Shown: piece by piece, positions 10,401-24,000 of the stretch
Position numbering within the stretch: position 1 is the first letter of the stretch
Layout: every line of letters begins with the position of its first letter
Source of the DNA: Vitrella brassicaformis CCMP3155
Lineage: Eukaryota > Protista > Chromerida
Assembly: GCA_001179505.1 (NCBI GenBank)
Contig: CDMY01000433.1
Location: 13,299-77,298, forward strand
Length of the DNA stretch: 64,000 nucleotides
Direction: 5' to 3'
Made by a program: the position numbers and the translations under genes
The notes under the pieces: generated by a model
What the model was told of the DNA's origin: nothing
The model's database searches: none
The model's input: the letters and a program-made list of their open reading frames with translations, nothing else

Positions 10401-13400
10401 CGCACGAGATTGCGTCGTGGGCCTGCAATCGGGGGATGTCATCCTCTGCCAGCTCCCCGACCAACAGGCAAGAAATACATACACACGGACATCTCATTAA
10501 TCTCTTTTTTCCCTCTTCTCATTGGTCCAGGGCGGACCGTCAGGTGCCTCCCCCTCTGTGTCCTACCAGTCCCTCTACCGCCACTCACACCCCGTCACCG
10601 CGCTGTGCATCACTGCCGGGCCAGTCGACTCACGGCTTCTCTGCTCGGCGTGCATGGGGGGCGAGATCACCGTCTCCGCGTTCCCACTCAAAGGCGATGT
10701 CAATGCCTCCCAGTCGTCCACTCTGTCGGCTCCTCTGACGTTCTTCTCGTGTCTCTCGGGGGGCGTGGAGCTGCTCAGGCTGTCAGATTCGGGCGCCCTG
10801 GGGCTTTGCTCTAGTGGTACGGAGGGCCTGGTGTGGTGGGGGTGCCCCCTGAGGGAATACAAGCCGCCCGCCCAGGCAGACAGCAATGAGCCGCCACAGG
10901 TCACCCTCGATGTGCCGCCGGTAAGCGTGAGGGGGCGAGCGAACGCACCATGCATCTTTGCCATCGTTGCCATGTGTCTCGTTCGATGTGCTGCGCTCGG
11001 TCGGTAGAAGTGCGGTTTGCCCGACTCTGAGGTGACTGTGTGGAGCCCTTTGCCGACCGAGGTGGTGCGCAGCCGCCTGCAGACTGCGGATGAGCAGGCA
11101 GAGGCCGAGAAAGTCAGGAAGACGATCATCGGTGAGATGGAGCTGCTCAGGAAGAAGCTCAGGACACTCATCGACAACAACGAGGTCAGCTAGACCACAC
11201 AGACGTAAATCATCTACCTCACTTCTCTCTGCTTGCGCATCTGTACAGGGCAGTGCTGACCTGGAGCGTCTGCATCGGCCGGTGTTTTGCGTCGACGAGG
11301 AGAAGGTGAACGCGCTGGAGAGTGCGGCCCAGGCGGAGTGCAATACCGTCAAGGCGCAGATCGAGTCTGAGAATGCGGGCCGTCGTCTGCTGCGTCAGCG
11401 GCTGATAGAGGAGTTCTGGGACACCATGCAGGTGCCGGGGCAGGCCATCGTCGGGTTCACGTCTGACCTCATGGGTAAGCCAGACATACAAACGAATCGA
11501 CACTGGCACTATGCAATGCTGGGCGTATTTGTGTCTCATCAGTCCACAACTTTCCGCTCCGTCGTCAGCAGCCGGCCGCAGAGGGACTCGAAAAGAAACT
11601 CAAATTCCTCAGGTCATGTCAGCCCAGTGCATGTCTGTCTTGTGGTGCACCCCTTGTCTCCATCTCCATCTGTTGTGTTATGCATCCATCCATCAGACAT
11701 CTCGAGAAGAAGGAGGAGAAGTGGCTGTGTTCGCCCATGGACACGGCACTGCCTCACCTCAAGGACCAGGACATGCTCCTGGACCTGCACCTTGTCACGT
11801 CTCATGATGTCAGCCAGCTGCGGACGGCTGCATACACACAGTCAATGCATCCATCTGTGTCGCGTGCCCTGACTGACAGGAGAAGTATTTGGTCAACTGG
11901 CGGCCTCGTGACCTGATTGGCGCCCCCGAGGCGCAGGTGACCGATGCCGCCAAGGGAGAGTCGTCGCCCTCAGCCAAGACAGCCGAAGGGGAGGAGGAAG
12001 CAGAAGCCGACAGCAGCCCTGGTGAGCAATGACTGTTTGATTGCACCACACCCCAACACCCCACACCCCACGTGTTTCTATCTTTGCCTGGCAGTTGGTG
12101 CATCTCGTGCCATGTCGACCAAGAGTCTGGCCACGACCGTGGCTGGTGGGGAGGGCGGCAAGGGAGACGACGACAAGCAGGTCCAGGGGTTCCTCTACGC
12201 ACCTTTCGAGCTGCTCACCGACACCAGGCGACGTCTGCAGTGCTACCTGCTGCAGACCAGGGCAAACGAGGTCCGGACATACACACAAACAGAGATTGGC
12301 GTCCTCCATTGTGTGCTCCGTGTTGTACTGGTCAGCTTCGTCGCGCCTTCAACCAGGAGTTTGCGTCTCTCCTGCAGCACAAGCACACCGTCCTCGACCA
12401 CATCCACGAGCGCCTCGACAAGCTCCGCAAGATCCTGCAGGAGCTCCAGACACCCACCCAAGACGCTGCCGCGACCGCTGACGACGCCCAGGCCACCCCC
12501 GCCCCTCCACCGGCCCCCCTGATAGAGCTGCCGACCCCGCAGCCGTCGAAGGAGGAGAGTCCCGAGTCGGTGCTCAAGGTGGAGGACAGCGAGGTGCAGA
12601 TAGAGAAGTACGTGTCCAGGCAGGAGCAGGAGCGGCTCAGAAAGGAGAGGGAGGCGGCCGACGCGAAGCTCAAGGAGATGCAGAAGGACGACAGCGGGGC
12701 GAGGGCGCTCGGCCAGATGATGGGCGGCGTGCTCAAGACCAAGAAGGACCTCACCATACTCGAGATTCGCATCGAACGGTCGGTCGGTCGCGTGCCACAC
12801 AACAGATTGAGACACACATCCACCATTCATTCGATGGGTGTGTGTTTTTGTGATGTGCTTGTGCAGTGAGGACTGGATGGACACCGTGCCGTTTGACCAG
12901 ATGAGTGACGCGCAGAAGGCGGCGATGAAGGAGTTCGAGCAGAAGGAGAAGGACCTCCTGGAGGAACAAGACAAATACAGAAAACAACTCGACGTCGACC
13001 TCAAGAAAATCAAGTCAACCAGCCAACCAGCCAACCAGCCAACCAACCAACCAGCCAATACACACACTCGCCCCCTTACTCTCTCTCTGTGTGTCTGCAG
13101 GACCGAGGTGACGGACCTGATGGTCCAGTTCGACTCCAAACTGAGAGAACTCCTGCACGCAAGGTACGTTGGCTTGGCTGGCAAATAGACAGACACATCA
13201 AGCGAGAGGCACAAGCCAAGTGGGTGTTTGTGATGGATGATGCATGTGCAGGCACCTGACAGAGCTGGAGATCTGCAAGCAGGAGCTGTACGCCTGCCGG
13301 CTGTATCTGTTCCTGCTGCAGCAGGAGCAGGACGCGCAGCTCACACACTCGCTCACCCAGCAGCTGCAGCACAAGACACACGACTACCACGCTGCCAAGA

Positions 13401-13913
13401 AAAGAGCCGAGGAGTTCCACGCACAAGTCAGCCAGCCACTGAGAAAACAGCGACACTCAGACAGCTGTGTCTCACACTCTCTCTGTGTCTCTGTGTGCCT
13501 GTGATAGGTGGAGGTTGCTGAACATGAGGCGTCTGAGCTGGTTCACGCGGAGAGGGAGCTGGGTGTGTCGTTCCGTCAGCACATGTACCCATTCGGCGTC
13601 GACGGCGAACAGATGGCCGCACTCATCAAACTATTCAGACACAAGTCAGTCAGTCAGTCAGTCAGACAACTCAACCGACACAACAACATCACAAGGCCGA
13701 AAGATTCGTTGGTTGCCTCGTTCCCTCCCTCAGGGGTTTGCCTCCGTCCAAGGCCGAGCAGCAGGCGCCTCCCGCCGCAGGCGGGATCAAACGGACGTTC
13801 AGCCGGGCGGGCTCACAGGGACAGTTCTCACAGGACGGCGCTGAGGGAGCCACACTCGACCCATACAGTGAGCGACCGAGCGAATGCGAACACACATCAC
13901 CAATAGCAGGAAA

Positions 13914-13963
<50 letters not shown>

Positions 13964-15618
13964 TGTGTGGAGGCAGTTGAGACGGGTGATGATGTGGCTG
14001 CTGGTGGCCCCGCGCTGCGCAAGGCGCCGACCATGGCGTCCAAGGGCCCTTCAGAGAAATCCAAGACACAGCAGGAACAGGAATTCCACCACCTCATCTA
14101 CCCCGACGTACCGACACACACATACACATACATTCATAGGAAATGACACCGCCCCCGAGTGTGCGTGTCCCATGCCACAGGACTGTCCGCATGGTGTGAG
14201 TGAGGAGGCCTTCGACAAGATGAACGAGCTCAGGGAGGAAAGGTATCGGCTGGAGCAGCTTCTCAACCAGGCCCATGCCAAGCTGGAACAGATGAGGGCC
14301 TACGCACAACATCTGCACGAGGTGCGCCAAAGACAGATCTACTATATAGCTACTCCAACTCTCTATGTCCCTCCCTCTCTGTGTGTGCCAGCGTGTGTCT
14401 GCAAGCCACAAAGACATATACGAGACGGAGACGCGGCTGCACGACCACATGGATTCCATCCAAAACGAGCACTACGACCTGGAGCTGCTGCTGCAGCTGA
14501 AACAGGGACAAGTGGAGGTGCCGCAGGCGCCTGTCGTGACGGACTACAGCGACGCCATTGTGGTGCCCAAACACACAGTCGAAGACAAGAACGCCATGGT
14601 CCTCGAGCTCGGCAAAGAGAAAACCAACACACTCAACGCCATCAAAGTCAGCTCACCCTCCACACAGGACAGCCAAACCCATGTACTCACCGCCTGTCTC
14701 TCAGGACTTCCGGCGTCGGCTGATATTGCTGGAGTGGGAGCACCGGCTGCTAGCCCTGCAGGCGTCAGACTTCGAGGAGCGCACCAAGGACGTCCACATG
14801 CTCAGAGTCACCAAAGACCTCCAGTCCGTCCTAGCACTCGCACTGAGGGGTCCATCCGGCGGTGGCGGCAGTGGCGGGACCGGCGAGACCATGGCGGTAG
14901 GAGACAGCCGGCAGGCGGCGGCAGCCGAGCTGCTGGAGAGGAAGATGGAGCATTTGGCGCAGTCACTCAAGGCCAAGACGCAAAACTTCAAGAGGCAATT
15001 CCAAAGCGTCAGGGCGCAAATCGCCACCAGGGTGAGGGATGGAGTGGAGACACAAACACCCTTGTGCACCTAACCTCACCGCATTGTCAGTCGTCCGAGA
15101 ATGCGCTCCTTGAAGAGAAGCTGCGGGACCTGCGGCAGGGGGTATGCAGAACAACAAGCCGATTGATCGCTCGAGAGACACCCCTGCATGTCTCTGTGTG
15201 CGTCTGCGCAGGTAAAGCAGCGTGAGCACATCCGTCGCATCAAGGCCACCACGTCTGCCCCGACCAAGCCCCAGGCGCCCCCCGCAGCAGCTGAGGGTGA
15301 GAAGCCGCAAGTCGGCGCCGGCAAGGCAGGGCGTGACGAGGGTGAGATTCGGTTCAAGGAGGTGCAGCAGCGGACGCACCTTCTGGAGCTCGTGAAGAGA
15401 CACACGAAGGAGATTGAACTGCTCAGAAAGGAACTTGATCGACTCAGGTGGGGTGGGTCAGCTTAAGGCAAACCCCCTCCCTCCCTACCGTCTCGCTCTC
15501 TTGTGCGCTGCGCTTCTGTGTGGTGAATGAAATTTGCAGGCAGAGGACGTTCCCGACGTTTGTGCATCTGTACCAGTCTCACCCTGCGAACCCTGATGCG
15601 TCATCAGGCATGGCTTAA
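7431..15618 (+). CDS. CFAP43: Cilia- and flagella-associated protein 43 (WD40 N-terminus plus long coiled coil)
   Basis: N-terminal WD region VAYADQGPEPAIHV...ADLTFSRCGTRL. C-terminal blocks typical of CFAP43/WDR96: LYAPFELLT..RRRLQ, FNQEFASLLQHK, LLLQLKQGQVEVPQAPVVTDYSDAIVV, LEWEHR..D.EERTKDVHMLRVTK, and the end ELDRLRQRTFPTFV. Confidence 0.9.
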
Positions 15619-15895
15619 GGTGCTGGTCAGTCAATTCAGGTATGTTGGTGCTCTTTGCTGGCAGAGCAGGTCGATTACAACTAACTGGTCCAGTGCAGTG
15701 CGTGTGTTTCGATGTCCTTATGCATGTGATGTCTGTCTGTATTCGGACGCATTTGTCCATCGGGATCGCTGTGTTTACACACAGCTGTCCTGTCTGGAAC
15801 ACTCACCTCATAGACACCACTGACCTCTAAGTATACACACAAGCGTCTCACTGTACCACACCCCATCTATCTCTATCACACATAGACAAAGATGC

Positions 15896-16852
15896 TCACA
15901 CTCGTCTTCTCTCTCTGGCTCTGGGCGGCCTGACTTTGGGCAGCCGTGGCATGTGCAGCAGGCCCGTCACGGTGAGGCCCTGTGCGTGGAACGTCTGCAG
16001 GCACGTGTCCACCTTCATCACTCGCCGGAACTTGACGTCCACGTGTGTTATGCCCAGCCGCTTGCACTTGCGCGCTATGTTCTGTGCGATGCGCTCCGTG
16101 CACGCCGGCGACTGGTGGGCGGCCCCCCGGTACCCCACGTTGCCGGCGTGAGACGTGAAGATAATGCGGTAGTTGCGCGACTTGTTCAGCACCTGCCGAC
16201 ACACACACACTTGACACACACTGGCTGGGGGATGGAGGGAGTCCCTCCCTCAGCCAGGCAGTACACGTACGTACGTTGATCCAGCAGTTGTTTTTGGATG
16301 AGGTGATGACGACTTGGAATTTGTCGGTTGGCTCGCAAATGTGGCCGTTCTTGTTGCGCTCGACGTTGTGGAACTCTGGACGGTCTCCTGACACACCCAC
16401 ACACACCGACAAGAGGGCAAATACACACACACGAACACACACACACACTCCACTGCCGCTGCCTGATGCCTGACGATGTCCATGCATGAGTGGCTGAACT
16501 GACCTATGAGTCTGTACTTGCGCGGGTTGCCTTGCAGCTTTCGCAAGTCGGCCTTTGTAAGCTGCACCTTCTTGCGCGTCTTCTGCACTGACTCGCCAAT
16601 GTCGTTCAGCGCCTCCTCTGCACAGCACACACATCACACACATCACATGCGATGACAACATCAATCACAGCCACAGAGGTCTTGACCGATGTCCCTGACG
16701 CACCGACCCACCCCACCTGCAGCATCCGACAATCGTGTGGTGCCGGGCCCGAAAGCTTCACTGGTGCTGGTGCTGGCCGATGATGCATCAGCAGCAGCAG
16801 TAGCAGCCTCGGAGAAGGGGCGCCGCTGTCGCAGGAGGGCTGCACTCATCAT
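15896..16852 (-). CDS. MRPS11: Mitochondrial ribosomal protein uS11m
   Basis: uS11 fold: FQVVITSSKNNCWINVLNKSRNYRIIFTSHAGNVGYRGAAHQSPACTERIAQNIARKCKRLGITHVDVKFR...GLTVTGLLHMPRLP. Arg/Ala/Ser-rich presequence MMSAALLRQRRPFSEAA. Confidence 0.85.
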
Positions 16853-16956
16853 CCATGATCTCGTTCTTGCCAGATGGCCGTCAAGGCAGTGACATGCAGC
16901 CACTCTGGGCCAAGGAAAGCCTCTCAAACACGCCATTCTGCCTTCCACTTGAGGGC

Positions 16957-16973
16957 AGCTCGCACTGCGAGCT
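16957..16973. promoter_or_regulatory. Palindrome AGCTCGCA-C-TGCGAGCT between uS11m and the EF-hand gene
   Basis: Perfect 8-bp inverted repeat inside the 165-bp divergent interval. Confidence 0.55.
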
Positions 16974-17017
16974 CAGTTTGCAGAGGGACACAGAAGCCTT
17001 GAGTGAAGGCCAGCAGG

Positions 17018-18087
17018 ATGAAGCGGCTTCTGGCCCGGATCCTTCCCGCCGCGCAGCACTCGGTGGCGAAGGCGCCTTCACTGGCGCCCAAGGGCAGCCA
17101 GGTGCTCACGAGGCGGACGTACCAGCAGATCCCGATCCAATCAGACACCTATTGGGGTACGGTACGCAGCCATCCAACGTGGACAGATGGACAGATGATG
17201 CAGTCCATCTATTGACTCACCTGGTGTCCTTGTGTGTGGTGCTTTGTGTGCAGCGACGAGTGGCGCTCTCAGGCTGGAGGTGGGCTGGGCCACGCACCCT
17301 TGTTGCACTCTGCAGTGCAGTGCACTGCGTCGTTGTCAGTCAGGCGCATTCGTGTGGGAGTGTGTTGTGTTGTTTGCTGCGTGTTGTGGTGCCCTCCTGG
17401 CTGCAGAAGAAGACGCCAAGCTACGACGATTCTGCCATTCAGGAGTGGAAGGACCAGTTCCCCCATCTCAAGGACTACAGCGCGGCTGACCTCATGGAGT
17501 GGAGGCGAGCGGTGAGCCACACCGCTACACACACACACACACACACACAGACACAGACACGCACTCAAGCGTGTGTTTGTAAATCAGTTCGATTCGTTTG
17601 ACGTGGACAACGACGGGTTCATAAGCCAGGCTGACCTGCAGAAGGACCCCTCCTTCACGGTGGAGAAGATCCACCTTCTCAAGGAGTACGACAGGGACAA
17701 GAACGCTCTCATCGACTTCGGCGAGTTCGTAGAGGCCATGATGGCCATCGACATGACCTCACTCAGGGACTCATTCGCAGGATTCGACGTAAGCGCTTAA
17801 GCGAAGAGAGAGAGAGGTCGCACCCAACCCACACACGCATTCAGTGTCGTTGGTCGGTTTTCGTGCAGCCGTCTGATGTGATCCTTGAGTTTGACCGTTA
17901 TTCGGTGACCCCTGACGGCTCCCAGCGAGGTCGGCGCATCACGCTGGACGGCGTGAAGCACGTGATGCGCGAGCACGACTTCTCGGTGGTGTGCGACCAC
18001 GACGCGAGGAAGCTGTTCAGCCACATGGACATCAACGGGGACAACGAGATTGACTTCGAGGACTTCAAACAATGGCTAAAACACTGA
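17018..18087 (+). CDS. Calmodulin-like EF-hand protein with mitochondrial-type presequence
   Basis: EF loops DVDNDGFISQAD, DRDKNALIDFGE and DINGDNEIDFED, plus one degenerate loop. N-terminus MKRLLARILPAAQHSVAKAPSLAPKGSQVLTRRTY is basic and lacks acidic residues. Confidence 0.8.
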
Positions 18088-18099
18088 GGAGGAATGAGA

Positions 18100-21000
18100 G
18101 AATGGCGACAGGCTGTCGGCCGTGTGCTTGGTCGACTCCCTTATTATTTTTGGCGTGTCTGTCTGTCGAGAGAAAGGGGCGCCGCACTGATCTGAATGTG
18201 TGTGTGTGTGGGAGTGATATGTGGCCGTGCTACTTTTTGCTGGCACCCACAGATGGGACACATGCTGTGTCCGTTGTGAGTTGGTGTGTGTGTGTGTTTG
18301 TATTTGCCGAGGGTGCGGTGCGTTGCGTTGCGTTGTTGGTGCATTTATTACATGTTGATGCATTGCAATCGAGAGAAGAGAAGAGAAGAGGTGCCTTCCC
18401 TTGGCTTCCAGCTTTATGACTGACACGTAGGGGTGCATGGGATGGAGGGGTTGGGTGGAACTGAACTGTCTGTCTGTCATGACATACGCCTGTGTGTGAC
18501 GTGGACCATCCATTCATGCAAGCATGCAAGCAAGACATGCAATCAATGCATGCACTGGGGGTGAATAATGTCCATCCATCCATCCATCCGGCGCACACAC
18601 ACACGTATGTATGCGTAACAACCAACATCGATCAATCGAGTCGATGAGTGTCAACCAACCAACCAAGGAAGGAACCAATGAACCAATGAGTCAGCAATCG
18701 ATCACATCACATCACACGGCGGCCGACATGGGTGCACCACGCACCCAACGCACCAAGGGCTCTTGCAGGTGTGATAATAATGAGTATGTATGTAGGTATG
18801 TATGTATGTAGGTATGGGTACCAATGCGCAGCACAGCGCTGCTCGCTCTCGCAGGCAGAACACACACGAGTGAGTCACTGAGTAAGCGGCTCTCACACCA
18901 ACCAGCCATCCAACCATCCATCCATATTTCCTGCCGGCAAGGCAAGACAGCAGACACACATACAAGCAGGGGAGGCACCACAGGCAGGCAGGCAGCCGAG
19001 CGAGCAAGCGAACAAGACAGCCAGACGTGAGAGCGAGGAGGTGAAAGGAAAGAGCCAGCCAGCCTGCCAGCCAGGCGTTCGATCGAAGCGTCCATCCGCA
19101 GCTATACAGACATACACACACAGAATGAGCGGGCAGCATGGCACGGCGCGGCATCTGTGGATGATGAAGTGGCGTGGATGGGGTGAATGGAAATAGATGC
19201 ACAGGTGGGTGTGGGTGTGGGTGGTGGGGGGTGAGAGTGACGGGGGAGAGAGCAGCCCCTTCGGGGACCAGACAGACAGACAGCAGCCAGTGAAAATCAA
19301 TCAATCAATCAACCAACCAGCCATCCCATAATGTGGAGAGCACCAAAAAGTTCTACCAAGCCATAAATTGTGTGGATCCCCCTCCCCCTCTCTCTACCGG
19401 GGGTCTCCCTGCGTGTGTATGTGCGTGTGGTGTATGTTGGTACGAACGAGTGAATCAATGAGCCCCCAGAGACAACGAATGCATCCACACAGCTGGAGAG
19501 CGTGCTTGGGAAGGGAAGACAGAGATACGGAAAAAACGTCGGCAGCTGCTGCCACCCCAGTGAGTGCGTGGCCAGCCCGCCGACTCGTGTGGGTGCGGTG
19601 CGATCGGTGTGTCCATCCATCCATTCATCCATCCACGCTGCGTATGCACTCGTTCGTACATGCATCCAACCAACCAACCGCCCAACCGAGGACGGGACGG
19701 AGGCTGTGCTGTGGGGATAAATATTACACGCACGCACGCACCAGACAGAATGCAAACGAAGCCATCCATCCATCCATCCATCCATCCATGAAGCAGACTA
19801 TCGGTCATGCACACACGGACGCCGCTGCTTCCCCCCTCCCCCCCCTCCCTCCCTCCCCATGTGTGTGGGCATCCCATCCACCCACCCACCCACCCAGCCC
19901 CACCACTAGGTGAAAAAACAGGAACTGATGAAAGCAAGACAGCGACAGATAGACAGCCAGGCAGCTGCAGACACGTGTACGTATGTATGCACGCATCTCA
20001 CCCCACCCCAGTTTTCACGCAGCCTCCTCTGGCACTCCGACAGACTGACTGACTGACTGACGCGCGTGAGTGTGCGCGTGACGGTGCGTGTCGGTATGTA
20101 TGGTTTGTAGGGCTCGCTCACTCACTCACTCACAAAACACAGCCGGCCGGCGATGCACACATGCCATGCATGGCCATCCGTGCAGGCATGTGCACATGGC
20201 AGCTTGGGAAAAATGACCGCTGGGCAGAGGAAGAGGAGATGAGCAAGCCAAGACAGACAGACACCCACGCGAGCAGATCGGTCGATCGGTCGGCCGGTCG
20301 GTCAGAAGAGGGAGCCGTGCTAATGACATAAAACGCCGCTTGTGGATGTGTGTATGGTGTGTATGTACGTGTGTGTGTGTGGTTGAACTAGCCATCACCA
20401 GGCCACTGAGCCAGGTCACGTCACGCCATGCCACGCAAGCAGACACAAGAACAAGGTCCGCCAATTCACTAGTTAGGCAGTCGGCCACCCAAGCAGTCAG
20501 TCAATCAGCCAATCGTTCAGGTAGTCAGTCAGTTAGTGGAACCACACACAGCAAGTGGGCCTCTCGCTCTCTCGCTCGCTCTCTTTCTCTTTCTCGCCCT
20601 CGCTCTCTCTCTCGTACGTCATCAGCGTTAGGGTCCGGACAACATGTACACATAGCACATAACACAGAGCGTCAACACCGGCAGGCAGGCAGGCAGCACA
20701 CATACACCGCACCACGGGCAGAAAAATGTGATGAAGCATCCAGGAAGGAACAACCAAGCAGCCATCCATCGGACCATCCATCCATCCATCCATCCAGAGA
20801 GGCGCCCCGTCCCGTCCCGTACGTAAAAAAGCCGTGTCAGCTAATGTCGGCAGGGCAGGAGGGCCACCCCACCAATCCACCCACCGTATGTGTGTGTATG
20901 AATGTTATGTGTGCTGAGTGTGTGCCGAGAGACCGCTGTGTGGGCGGGGCGGCCGACAGCCATACAGACAGACAGGCGGACCAGAAATAGGCTATATATC

Positions 21001-24000
21001 GATCAATGTGTATGTGTGTTGGGAGGGGGCCGGGCCAACGATTGAATGAATTGCCTCACTCTCTGATCGGCTGGCGGCTGGCTGATACAGAGGCAGGCAA
21101 GAGAAGCGAAGGAAAACGCAAAGGAACCTTCTGACTGACTGACTGACTGGTCGTCTCGCCATCCACGCCAAGCCGCAGCCACCACTCAAACCGCTCTGGA
21201 GCTCCCTCCCTCCCTCCCTCGCTTGCATGCTTGCTGTGTCTCTCTCTTGGCGCGCACAAACACACACACACATACATACACACGGACACTGTGACTGACG
21301 CCATCCATGGATGTGATCTCAGCACACGGAACGTATAGGTGAAAAAGAGGCAGGCATGCAGCTGCCAACCCAACCGACCGATCAACCGATCGGCCGACAG
21401 TGAGTGCATTGTATAACATGGGGGGGTTGAGTCAGGCAGGCAGGCAGGCAGCGGTTGGTTGGGGGAGAGTTCAGTTGAGCCAGCAGAGCAGAGCAAGCCA
21501 GGACATCACACACATTACTGACTGACTGACATTGATCGACAGACTGACTCACACGTCTCGTCTTGTCCCTGCCTGTGTGTCCTGGCTTGCTCGCTTGCTT
21601 GCTGCATCCGTTGAAGACAGACAGACAGACAGACACCCACACATACACCACACCCACACACGTGTGTATGTTATGTAGGTCATGAATGCCAACCGACCGA
21701 CCGACCGATCGGTGGACCGATCCCCAATGTGGGCCGACAGACAGACAAACAGACAGACAGAGCAAGAAACAAACGACCCGACACACATCATGATGATGCA
21801 GGCATGTGCGTGAGTGAGCGGATCAAGCAAAGAAACAACAACAACAACCACGACAACAAGAGTCAGTGAGTGAGTCTGCCGGATCAGCCAGCAGCAAGAC
21901 AGCAAGACAGTGAGTGAGTGAGCGTTGACGTGACGTAGCCGTACATATGATTTATATGGAAAAAGTTACGTGAGTGGACGGAGGCACGGACCAACCAACC
22001 GACGAGCGAACGGACCGACATCAGCCTCCCAGTGCCTTCAAACCCAGTGGTCCCGCGGCCCGGATGCATCAGCACTGTGAGCCTGGATCAGTCAGTCCAC
22101 AGCGCAGCTACACCGGCAACATGGAACACCCAGGCATGAAAACACGGCAGCCGTCACGACAACAACAATAGTCAGACTGGCATGGCATCGACCGTTGTCA
22201 TTTACACGCACACTCACACGTGTGGACACAGACAGACAGACATAGCGATACGCGCGCATACACATGGCCGGCCGGCAATGGCATGGCAGACAAGACAGCA
22301 AGCCTGGGAGTCAGGTCAGTAACTTGTGGTGACTGGGTGGCTGGGCTGGGCGGGCGAAGTGCTCAGATTGTGTCCATTATCCGTCCATCAGGTCATTGTG
22401 TATGTCTATCTGTCATTGTGTATGTTGGCCGGGTGGGGTGGCCGCTGGTCTTGCTCTGGGGTGCTACAGAGCCCCGTGCAAGCCTCACCGAATGCCCCTC
22501 TGCTGTAGGAACCCGGTGCGCCTCGCACGCAGCAATGACACATCCCAGAACACGACTAGCCAGCCAGTTGTACGTGAGAATCTCTGCCTGGCTACGCTGC
22601 GCTACGAGCTAGTCAAGTCATGTCAGTGAGTGAGGCCGAAGTGTATAATCCATCGGAGCCGCACTGGGTGGACGTGCTCATTTTAGTGTAGCGCAGCCAC
22701 GCACACATCGGTCAGACAGTCGGGCAGTCAGTCGGTCGAGTCGTCGCCCCTTGGTTCGTTGGTCTCACTCACCACACCGTCCCCACGTCACTTCACACCA
22801 CCACGCCCCGCCAGGCCACGCCACGCAGTCTTCTGCCTGTGTGTGTTGCTCTGCTCCCCTTTCCTTCCCCTGCGTGTGTGTGTGTGTATGGCGACAGACA
22901 TTGGGAGTGCGAATACAGCGCGCGGACATTCACAGCGGAGAGAGAAACACAGCGATGGACACACGGACAGACACTGATGTGTGGTATGTGTGTATGTATT
23001 GTTAGGTATTGCTATGGTCTTACGACACGACGACAGACAAATCGGGGTCACAGACAGACAGACAGTCAGTCAGTCAGTGGGCCAGAGAGAGAGTGAGTGA
23101 GTGGAAAGGATAGGATAACACACATACACACATTACAAATACGCGTACGCACAGCCACACACAACAGCAAGTGGGTCTGGTCTGGTCTCATGAAGGAGGA
23201 AGGAATTAAGGCTCACACACATACACACACACATGCACATGCATGCACAACAGCATTGCACATCGTGGGTGGCACAATCAATGGTCAATCAATCAATCGA
23301 TCGATCGGCCGATCGATCGAGTCGGTCATGCAGTCAGTGGCCGGCGAGTCAGATAGTGGACCTCACCCACACAGACAGACAAGACAGACAGACAGACAGA
23401 CGGACCCCTCAGTGCGCTCCCCCCCCTCCCTCCCTCTCCCTCTTCCCCCCCGCCCCCCGGTCTCTCTATCTTTCCTCCTCCTTTTCCTCCTGTGTTCTGC
23501 TCCAGACAGCGTAGCTGTTGCTCGAGCAGAAAGCAGACATACATGCTTTCACGCACACACATCTCTCCCACGCTCTCGCTAGCTAACACACTCGCTCGTA
23601 CCAATACACACATACCAACCAACCAACCGGCCCCACACAACAGAGACAGACAGAGCGAAAACAGCCCCGAGGTCGACCGAGGAGGCCCATAGAAGAAAGG
23701 ACAGAGACGGACAGACGGAGATGGATGGATGGATGGATGGGTTTGGGCGGAAAAGGAACCCAGAATGGATGGATGACGTCCAGTAAGACAAGAAAGATAG
23801 ATAGAACCGTTTTCTTCCTACCACACACCCCCTTGCTGCCTCCCTCCTCGATGGTTCGTTCACTCCTCACTGCTGCTCTGCTGTGCTCTCTTGTTCGTGC
23901 GTGCGTGGGTGTTGGTGTGGTGTGGTGTGGTGCGGCACCATGGATGGAATCAATCAATCATATCATTGCATGCATCTCAGTGCACTGCATGTCATGTACC

